This document shows positions 57,768 to 64,000 of a DNA stretch of 64,000 nt, in pieces. The notes below the pieces were generated by a model. It was not told the origin of the DNA. It saw only the letters and a list, made by a program, of their open reading frames with translations, and ran no database searches. Made by a program: the position numbers and the translations under genes. This stretch comes from Clostridia bacterium (GTDB lineage: Bacteria > Bacillota > Clostridia > Oscillospirales > CAG-382), in contig JAFQKR010000077.1 in the NCBI GenBank assembly GCA_017396825.1, forward strand, positions 24,012 through 88,011, in the 5' to 3' direction. Each line of letters starts with the position of its first letter. Position 1 is the stretch's first letter.

Positions 57768-57820
57768 CAAACGAAATATTCCAACAGAATCTCAAAAGTT
57801 GTCTTTATAAAAAATTTTTA

Positions 57821-57849
57821 TTTACTAAATGACCGTTCTGATATATAAT
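57821..57849 (+). promoter_or_regulatory. Sigma-A-type promoter
   Basis: TTTACT, 17 nt, TATAAT. It lies 21 nt upstream of the ATG at 57871. Confidence 0.5.
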
Positions 57850-57870
57850 ATAATTCGGAGGTTGAGGACA

Positions 57871-58464
57871 ATGAATGGCGTTACTTTACAGTTGAAAAAA
57901 GAGATGACAAGACACGCTGTCGGAAGCAGCAAATTGTTTGGAAGCCCTGACGTATGGGCTGACTTTGAATGGCCGGCAATCATTGACAGTGACAACTGTT
58001 ACGATTTGGATTTTGTTGCACAGATTAATTGCAGGGATTTCTCCGAATTTGACACAAACGGTGATTTACCGTCCCACGGGATGCTTTACTTTTTTTATGA
58101 TTTTACTGCTTGTCCCGAAAGCACAGAAGATACGAATGCCGCCCGTGTTATCTATTATAACGGTAATATCGATACACTCAACCCACTAATTCTGGTGGAC
58201 GAAGACGGCTTTGATTCCGCAATCGCTTTTCCCCACCCTATATTTTTTTCAAGCACTACCGCCCAAAAACGCTCAAAGCTTCAAATGTGTTACGAGAACG
58301 AAGAAGCAGAGGGATACACCGTTTTATTACGAATCAATTCGTTTTCTGCACAGAACGGAAAAATAAGGTTCAACGATAAAGGAGCATTATTGTTTTTGAT
58401 AAGGCCAGAAAAATTAAAACGAGGAGATTTTTCGGATATCAGAGTAAAGCACATTTATAAATAA
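57871..58464 (+). CDS. DUF1963 (YwqG-like) family protein
   Basis: The start at MNGVTL has GGAGGT upstream. SKLFGSPDVW...HGMLYFFYD...LLRINS pattern. Confidence 0.6.
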   Translation: MNGVTLQLKKEMTRHAVGSSKLFGSPDVWADFEWPAIIDSDNCYDLDFVAQINCRDFSEFDTNGDLPSHGMLYFFYDFTACPESTEDTNAARVIYYNGNIDTLNPLILVDEDGFDSAIAFPHPIFFSSTTAQKRSKLQMCYENEEAEGYTVLLRINSFSAQNGKIRFNDKGALLFLIRPEKLKRGDFSDIRVKHIYK

Positions 58465-58500
58465 ATATCCGCCCGCATAGTAGCGGGCGGATATTTATTT
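58464..58500. terminator. Bidirectional intrinsic terminator
   Basis: AATATCCGCCCGC / GCGGGCGGATATT 13-bp stem. Confidence 0.75.
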
Positions 58501-58504
58501 AATA

Positions 58505-59284
58505 CTATTTTAGTGATGCTATTTCTCTCTCTGAGTTTATGCTTTCACCGTTTACCCATAATTCAAAGTGTAAATGAGGCTCGTCTGCACTTTCTATTAT
58601 CGCAGTTTCTCCTACCGTACCGATAAGGTCACCGGTTTTTACATTAACACCTACCGCAATGCCTTTTGGAAGTTCTTTTGAAAGATTCTTGTATACGGAT
58701 GTTACACCGCCATCGTGTGAAATCTCAACCGTTGTACCCATAAAGGGATCGTTTTCAATTTTACTGATAACCCCGTCGGTGTAGGCGCACACCTTTTCGC
58801 CCAAGGCTGCCGTTATATCCACCCCCGCATGGGTTCTGTAATCCTGCATAGTTTCGGAAAACACTAAAGCATCGGCATAATATCCCTTTAGAATTTCACC
58901 AAAAACAGGACGCGTATACGTTGGCTGTTCCTCCTTAGGCTTTTCGGGTTGCGGTTCTATAACCTCAGCATCCACGTTGGAGTTATCCGTGCCCGTAGGC
59001 TTATTATCGGGCTTTTCCGTAGTACCGATGTCGGGAAAACTTATCGAAACGTCCGGCAGTCCAATGCTGATATCTTCAAGCTCATCAAGGCTTTGGTTTA
59101 CGCTGTTGCTTGTTGAAATCAAACTAACAGTAAGCATCGCCACCATACACACTGCAATGCCCATGTAAATTGCAGATGCAGTGCGTTTTGTGATAACGGG
59201 CTTTTTAAACATAAGCTTTTTTGTTTTTTTGTTCTTTTTTGCTTCGGTGCTTTCAGTGTTTTGATTACTGTTCTTTTCGTCCAT
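58505..59284 (-). CDS. Membrane-anchored M23/LytM peptidase, candidate SpoIIQ-type protein
   Basis: N-terminal TM segment. Intact HAGVD (HxxxD) and PHLHFEL (HxH) zinc motifs. It lies immediately downstream of spoIID. Confidence 0.75.
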   Translation of the reverse strand: MDEKNSNQNTESTEAKKNKKTKKLMFKKPVITKRTASAIYMGIAVCMVAMLTVSLISTSNSVNQSLDELEDISIGLPDVSISFPDIGTTEKPDNKPTGTDNSNVDAEVIEPQPEKPKEEQPTYTRPVFGEILKGYYADALVFSETMQDYRTHAGVDITAALGEKVCAYTDGVISKIENDPFMGTTVEISHDGGVTSVYKNLSKELPKGIAVGVNVKTGDLIGTVGETAIIESADEPHLHFELWVNGESINSEREIASLK

Positions 59285-59345
59285 ATAAATCCTCCGGAAA
59301 ATTTAGTCCTGCATACATTCAGGCTTTTCCTTATTGTGGACTTAT

Positions 59346-60296
59346 TTAGTTTTGTTTATACGCCTTTATTACGGAAAAGGAAGTGCCCGGATAAAAATAT
59401 TCCAGTATTTTTTTGTAGTCTTCACCCTCTTTGGCCATTAAAACCGCTGTGTTTCTGCTCATTCCTATTCCGCTGCCGTTTCCATAGGTTTGAATTACAA
59501 CTTCATCCTCATTAATATCAATGCTAAAGCAAAGACTTTTTAGCCCTAAAAGCCTAGCCACTGTAGATCCTTTAAAGCGTAAGCCACCTATCTCTGTAAT
59601 ATATACTCTGCCCCCTTGGGTAAACTCCGTCTTTCCTATCCATTTCTCTTTGTCGTCATTGAAAACAACGCTGTAATCCGAAAACGCTCCCTTAAAATCT
59701 TCGACCGTTAGTTTCACGGTAGTTTTATATCCTGGCATATCCTTCTCATCATAAACCGGAAGAGAAACTAAATATGGAATTTTTTTGCCGTAAACAGTCT
59801 CATAGTTTTCGGTCTTTATAAGTGAAGATAGATGACTTAGAGCCAACGCTGCTTTTCCTTCCCAAGTCAAAATAACACCCGCAGTTTCTTCTGCGGCTTT
59901 TACACAATCTTCTCTGGGATAAGCTGCTAAACTGAAACAATGCTCGGGGTCAGAACAAAGATAAAAGGATTCGTGCTCATTATTCTCATATCTGTAGCAA
60001 ACTACCGAGCGTATAGCAACAGCCTGAGCCTTTAAAGTCTCGTAAGGTATATTCTCCGGCATAAGGAAAGACAGAGCACGTGCAACGTAATTCTCCAATC
60101 CCATGTTGATTTTTTGATTGATAAAGCTATCAAAATAGCACACAGAAACGCCGCTGTCCCCAGTTGAAACAACCTCAGACTCATTTGTATTTTCAACAGC
60201 TTGACCAGCAATAGCAGGCTTAACCAACGCAGGCATCAAAACACACCACAAAAAAACAGCACCAAATAAACAAACATAGTTTTTCATATTAAACAA
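59346..60296 (-). CDS. spoIID: Stage II sporulation protein D (SpoIID/LytB lytic transglycosylase family)
   Basis: Signal/anchor sequence. ETLKAQAVAIRSV motif and a C-terminal GNGSGIGMSRNTAVLMAKEG block. Confidence 0.85.
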   Translation of the reverse strand: MFNMKNYVCLFGAVFLWCVLMPALVKPAIAGQAVENTNESEVVSTGDSGVSVCYFDSFINQKINMGLENYVARALSFLMPENIPYETLKAQAVAIRSVVCYRYENNEHESFYLCSDPEHCFSLAAYPREDCVKAAEETAGVILTWEGKAALALSHLSSLIKTENYETVYGKKIPYLVSLPVYDEKDMPGYKTTVKLTVEDFKGAFSDYSVVFNDDKEKWIGKTEFTQGGRVYITEIGGLRFKGSTVARLLGLKSLCFSIDINEDEVVIQTYGNGSGIGMSRNTAVLMAKEGEDYKKILEYFYPGTSFSVIKAYKQN

Positions 60297-60356
60297 CCCT
60301 TCATTTTGTAGTGTTTAATTTTATGCTGTTTTATAGGCTAAAATGCTTCAAAAGCC

Positions 60357-60385
60357 TTTACACAAAGAAAAAAATAGTGTATAAT
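60357..60385 (+). promoter_or_regulatory. Sigma-A-type promoter
   Basis: TTTACA, 17 nt, TATAAT with an extended TGT. Confidence 0.5.
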
Positions 60386-60416
60386 TAATATACTTTAGTC
60401 TTAAGGAAGTTTTTTT

Positions 60417-61370
60417 ATGAACCATAAAACAATTTACCGTGCCGTTTTGACCTTTACTCTTTTGGCGTCACTTGTGTTTGGCGTGTTTATGACGCTATCG
60501 ATCGCCCAAAGCGCCGACGGCACCATCAACGACATTAATGCATACAGTGCCGATAAGGTTAAGTTCTTTAATCTTATCTCTTGGCTTTACTCTGTATGCT
60601 TGATTGGATTTTTGTTCTTTACTTTTGTTTATAAATCCAAATTTGCAAAGAGTTTAAAATTTTCATCCAAAATTTATAAAAAAATTTGTATACTTGGTGG
60701 TTGTACTGCACTCGGCGTGGTTTTATACAGCATAGTGGCAGAGTTCGTTATTCTTCCTAATGTATACTACCCCGACGACTTTAACAGCGTTGAAGCTTTC
60801 TACAGACTGATAAGACGGTCTGAGGTAAGCAGTAGTCCAAATTACTCATATATTCTTCTCATTCTGATAACTGCCGCAGCTGCTTTTTACTTTTTTTCAT
60901 GCGCTTTTTCTAATCAAAATAAAGCGTCCATACGCTTTACTTATCTCTCACTCCTCCCAACCATGGGGCTAGCTGCAAAGTTAATTTTTGACTTTTTGAT
61001 GCAAAACTCCAACGGTTACGGTCAGCTTTATAACTACCATCTTTTAAGTCTAGGTTTCTTCCTTTTGTTCTTTATGAATGAGTCCAGAGTGTATATGCGT
61101 CGTGCGGCTCCTGCTCTTTACGTTTTCTTTGGGCTGGCAGGCGTTTTGTCTGCAGCAGTTTTTGCAATACCCGTTCTCTTCTTGTCTATAACAGGCATCG
61201 CAAACGCTTCTGCAGCAAATATAGTTTTCTGCATTGCAGACATTGCGATAATCTCTTACGTATATCTAAGACTTTACAACCTTGATATTAAAATTCCTAA
61301 GGCAACAAAAGAGGGCGTTCTCATTGAAGACTGTCCTGAACCTAAAGAAAACGAGCAAACAAAGGAATAA
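60417..61370 (+). CDS. Polytopic membrane protein of unknown function (about 8 TM segments)
   Basis: Long ORF with repeated hydrophobic segments in AT-rich DNA. I recognise no motif. Confidence 0.5.
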   Translation: MNHKTIYRAVLTFTLLASLVFGVFMTLSIAQSADGTINDINAYSADKVKFFNLISWLYSVCLIGFLFFTFVYKSKFAKSLKFSSKIYKKICILGGCTALGVVLYSIVAEFVILPNVYYPDDFNSVEAFYRLIRRSEVSSSPNYSYILLILITAAAAFYFFSCAFSNQNKASIRFTYLSLLPTMGLAAKLIFDFLMQNSNGYGQLYNYHLLSLGFFLLFFMNESRVYMRRAAPALYVFFGLAGVLSAAVFAIPVLFLSITGIANASAANIVFCIADIAIISYVYLRLYNLDIKIPKATKEGVLIEDCPEPKENEQTKE

Positions 61371-61416
61371 AATAGAAAAAAACACTTGATTTTTAGATAA
61401 CCTTGTGTTATAATGT

Positions 61417-62406
61417 ATGAAGGAATTGTTTGGTATATTTGTAAGGAGGCGTTGCTTTATAGGTAATATACTGAAGAAGTATTCTGTAAGGCTTACTTGC
61501 GCTGTTCTTTGCTGGGCAATGATTATTGTTCCTTGTTTTTGTATACTTAAGCAAGGTTTTAAAACCACTGGGGTTGGCGTTTCCGGTTCCGCAGTAAAGG
61601 GTCAATTGCCCTCTGCTATCGTCATGAACCTCGGCGCCATTGATGAGGATTTTGAGACTAATACAGTTTCTCCTTCTCTTGGTACTGAAGATATCTTCTC
61701 CTCTTCAGATAAAGTAATTTCATCCCTCAACCCCGGTTTCGGCGGTTCCTCTGTTCAAGCGCCGACAAAGCCCTCTGCCCCCATTGTTCAAGCCCCCCCA
61801 GTAAGTGAGCCGGACAAAAACACTGATACCAGCAATAAAAATGAGAGACCCGTTACCGATGGTAACGCACAGCTTTTTGATACATACGCGCTTCTCCCAC
61901 AGCCTGACGGTACTGCTTTCAGATACTATGAGCAGACTTGGCCCGTGTATACTAATTATCCCTACGGTTATAATACCGTTGGCGGTTACGGTTGCGGTCC
62001 CACTTCGATGGCAATGGTTATTTCAAACCTCACCTCTCACACCGTAAGTCCTACTTATATGGCCGACTGGTCATTTAACAACGGATACTACTTCCGCGGA
62101 AGAGGTACTGCCTACGGTCTGTTCCCCGCAGCCTCTGCAGCATATGGTATTAAATGTTCAACCATTAGCGTTTACGATAAAAACGCTGTCGTTTCCGCTT
62201 TAAAGGCCGGTAAACTTCTTCTAACCGTGGTTGGTTACGGTGACTTTACCCGTGGCAGACACTTTCTTTTGATACGCGGCATTACCGATGACGGTAAACT
62301 TCTCCTTGCCGACAGTGGCAAGTACGAAAACTGCCTTGTTGAGTGGGATTATAATAAGGTGATCGGTCAGGTAGCGAACAGTTATTTTTGGGTATTTGAA
62401 AACTAA
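61417..62406 (+). CDS. Secreted/anchored papain-like C39-type (Peptidase_C39_2-like) cysteine peptidase domain protein
   Basis: N-terminal anchor, a Ser/Pro linker, a GGYGCGPTSMAMV catalytic-Cys motif and a later GRHFLLIRG His motif. The start codon is uncertain (see findings). Confidence 0.55.
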   Translation: MKELFGIFVRRRCFIGNILKKYSVRLTCAVLCWAMIIVPCFCILKQGFKTTGVGVSGSAVKGQLPSAIVMNLGAIDEDFETNTVSPSLGTEDIFSSSDKVISSLNPGFGGSSVQAPTKPSAPIVQAPPVSEPDKNTDTSNKNERPVTDGNAQLFDTYALLPQPDGTAFRYYEQTWPVYTNYPYGYNTVGGYGCGPTSMAMVISNLTSHTVSPTYMADWSFNNGYYFRGRGTAYGLFPAASAAYGIKCSTISVYDKNAVVSALKAGKLLLTVVGYGDFTRGRHFLLIRGITDDGKLLLADSGKYENCLVEWDYNKVIGQVANSYFWVFEN

Positions 62407-62436
62407 ATAATCCCCCGCTTTTCGCGGGGTGAATAT

Positions 62437-62523
62437 GCCGGTGTGATGGAATTGGCAGACGTGCTGGACTCAAAATCCAGTGGTAGCGATACCGTGCGGG
62501 TTCGACCCCCGCCACCGGCACCA
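62437..62523 (+). tRNA. tRNA-Leu (anticodon CAA), class II with a long variable arm and encoded CCA
   Basis: 7-bp acceptor stem GCCGGTG/CACCGGC. Anticodon loop CUCAAAA. T-arm GCGGG-TTCGACC-CCCGC. 3' ACCA. Confidence 0.9.
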
Positions 62524-62525
62524 CA

Positions 62526-62556
62526 AATCGACAAGCTTTTACTTGTCGATTTTTTG
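62526..62556 (+). terminator. Intrinsic terminator after the tRNA
   Basis: AATCGACAAG / CTTGTCGATT stem followed by TTTTT. Confidence 0.65.
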
Positions 62557-62570
62557 TTATAAGGAGCAAG

Positions 62571-63083
62571 ATGATGGTTATTTTGATAATGGGTGCATCT
62601 CATACGGGTAAAACCGCGCTGGCACAAAAACTACTTAAAAGATACAACTACCCTTACCTATCAATCGATCACTTGAAAATGGGGCTTATTCGCAGCGGAA
62701 ACACCGACCTTACCCCGATGGACGATGATGAGTTAACAGACTATCTTTGGCCAATTATCCGCGAAATAATAAAGACAGCAATCGAAAACGAGCAGAACAT
62801 TATAATCGAAGGTTGTTACTTCCCTCCCTCGTGGCAAAAAGACCTCTCTGCGCAATATTTATATAACATCAGACACCAAGTCCTTGTTATGTCAGAAAGC
62901 TACATACGGGCAAATTTTGATAATATTGTCAAGCACGCCAGTGTAATCGAAAAACGACTTTGCGATACTATTAATATCCAAGACCTAATAAAAGATAACA
63001 ACGCTTGGCTCACCGCCTCTGGTGAATACGGCCTTAACGTCTGCCTGATTGATAACGAATATAACGTAGATTTTGAAATATAA
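62571..63083 (+). CDS. P-loop NTPase/kinase-like protein
   Basis: Walker A MGASHTGKTALA; about 170 aa. The ATG at 62574 has better SD spacing. Confidence 0.5.
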   Translation: MMVILIMGASHTGKTALAQKLLKRYNYPYLSIDHLKMGLIRSGNTDLTPMDDDELTDYLWPIIREIIKTAIENEQNIIIEGCYFPPSWQKDLSAQYLYNIRHQVLVMSESYIRANFDNIVKHASVIEKRLCDTINIQDLIKDNNAWLTASGEYGLNVCLIDNEYNVDFEI

Positions 63084-63126
63084 AAAGCGCTCCAATACCA
63101 AAACGGTATGGAGCGCTTATTTTTTA
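63083..63126. terminator. Bidirectional intrinsic terminator
   Basis: AAGCGCTCCATACC-type long stem (AGCGCTCCA...TGGAGCGCT) flanked by A- and T-tracts. Confidence 0.7.
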
Positions 63127-63131
63127 TTCAA

Positions 63132-63794
63132 TTATGCGGCTTCTTCGTCTTCATCTTTTCTGCGCTTAAAGAGCACAATAAAGAAAATAAGAACTAAGCT
63201 GCAAAGCCCGAGACAAACGTAAAGAACGGTGTTATTATCATCACCGGTGCCGGGGGTAGGATCGGTAGGATCAACGGGAAATTCCTCCACCTTAAACTCC
63301 CAATCAAAAAGACCAATGGCGTTTTGAAACTCGTTGTCCATCTCTATTGGAACCTCAAGCATAATGTCAAGGTCAACGTCGCTTCCCGAATAGAAAGTAC
63401 CAAGACAGTACCAATCCGTAAGATCACCTTTCTCACTGGGAGGCGCTTTGAACAAACGCTCGCCGTCGGTAGCATCAACGGTAAGAGTCATTTGAGAAAG
63501 GAACTTCTCACTACCCTCGTGTGCGCCGAGAGCGCGAAGATATATCATAACCTTAACTTGATTGTCTGCATCGTTTACAACGTTGATTTTTTGGGTTCGG
63601 GTATCGCCGGGCATAACTCCTTTAAAACCATCAAAAAGGTCGGTCGGAGAATGCTCACTGCCGGGTGTAAAGATAAAATCACCGGAGTTGCCGGAGTAAG
63701 TAACCTTGCCGTCTGCGCTGACGCTAGTAGCAAGTGGTAAAAGCATACAGAGGGCAAGCGCCAAGGAAAGGGAAAGCTTTAAAATCCTTTTCAT
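63132..63794 (-). CDS. Secreted beta-sandwich-like surface protein with a C-terminal sorting-signal-like anchor
   Basis: Signal peptide ending SVSA/DG. The C-terminus is PGTGD, a hydrophobic stretch (VLYVCLGLCSLVLIFFIVLF) and a KRRKDEDEE tail. Confidence 0.45.
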   Translation of the reverse strand: MKRILKLSLSLALALCMLLPLATSVSADGKVTYSGNSGDFIFTPGSEHSPTDLFDGFKGVMPGDTRTQKINVVNDADNQVKVMIYLRALGAHEGSEKFLSQMTLTVDATDGERLFKAPPSEKGDLTDWYCLGTFYSGSDVDLDIMLEVPIEMDNEFQNAIGLFDWEFKVEEFPVDPTDPTPGTGDDNNTVLYVCLGLCSLVLIFFIVLFKRRKDEDEEAA

Positions 63795-63804
63795 AGCCTA
63801 CCTC

Positions 63805-63999
63805 CTATTGATTGTCTTGAGCAACTACAAGGTTACCGTTAGCATCAACACCAGTTACTGATCCGTTATCTCCACCAAACGCATCTGTAACGGCTTCGGT
63901 TGGAGCGCATTGAATAGACTCTGCAAACACCTCAAGAACTTCAACGTTTCCGTTTTCAGAACCAAGCGTCAACGCCACACCAAGCATATTGCTAGTCAT
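63805..63999 (-). CDS. C-terminal fragment of an unknown protein; the 5' part lies outside the window
   Basis: The frame is open to the window edge. It lies 10 nt upstream of the surface-protein gene on the same strand. Confidence 0.3.
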   Translation of the reverse strand: MTSNMLGVALTLGSENGNVEVLEVFAESIQCAPTEAVTDAFGGDNGSVTGVDANGNLVVAQDNQ

Positions 64000-64000
64000 A

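Noticed and set aside
1-64000. I searched by eye for CRISPR-like spaced repeats, IS/transposase or integrase ORFs, phage modules, toxin-antitoxin pairs and known defence-system signatures.
   Set aside because: I found none. Every ORF over 150 aa is accounted for by the features listed. The only repeats seen are short ones: the promoter core duplicate, the rimP 12-mer and the 8-mer flanking the nusA insertion. A computational repeat scan could still find dispersed repeats I missed.

Overview
This window looks like a chromosomal segment from a low-GC, spore-forming Clostridia-class Firmicute. Two proteins carry C-terminal dockerin repeats, which suggests a cellulosome/amylosome-type Ruminococcus-like organism; that is inference only. 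I support about 58 protein genes and one tRNA-Leu(CAA). I saw no rRNA, CRISPR array, transposase, integrase or phage genes. All calls come from reading motifs in the ORF translations and the DNA; no homology search was run.

Most of the window is core genome:
- spoIIID-anmK-GNAT (330-2915).
- An acyl-CoA ligase plus Na+/solute symporter operon (2969-6205, minus strand).
- A cca operon with two lipoprotein genes (7225-10309, minus strand).
- A dockerin-tagged metallophosphoesterase and an ECF sigma pair (10432-13741).
- rfbA-rfbB-wecE-ATP-grasp (13802-18004, minus strand).
- A SigH-like sigma factor plus a Zn-ribbon protein.
- A long minus-strand glycogen block: WG-repeat protein-glgB-glgC-glgD-glgA-glgP-GH13-anomeric-kinase-like gene (19797-32300).
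- rpsO-pnp.
- A mini site-2 protease, then spoIIGA-sigE.
- rimP-nusA-ylxR-infB-rbfA-nrnA-truB.
- A two-component system and a heterodimeric ABC exporter.
- yegP and a K+/H+ antiporter.
- A fused double-activase plus dehydratase-like pair (53522-57696).
- spoIID followed by an M23 peptidase, then a C39-like peptidase.
- A surface-protein locus cut by the window end.

No single obvious novel system stands out. My best candidates for undescribed biology, in order:
1. The orphan dTDP-4-amino-4,6-dideoxyhexose plus ATP-grasp operon.
2. The BcrAD/BadFG double-activase fused to a dehydratase-like module, with a partner subunit and no CoA-metabolism context.
3. A promoter-uORF-terminator leader in front of the acyl-CoA ligase/symporter operon, whose promoter core is nearly duplicated at rpsO.
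4. A 61-aa membrane protein translationally coupled to a minimal S2P protease next to spoIIGA-sigE.
5. A GC-rich insertion of about 26 aa in the NusA N-terminal domain.
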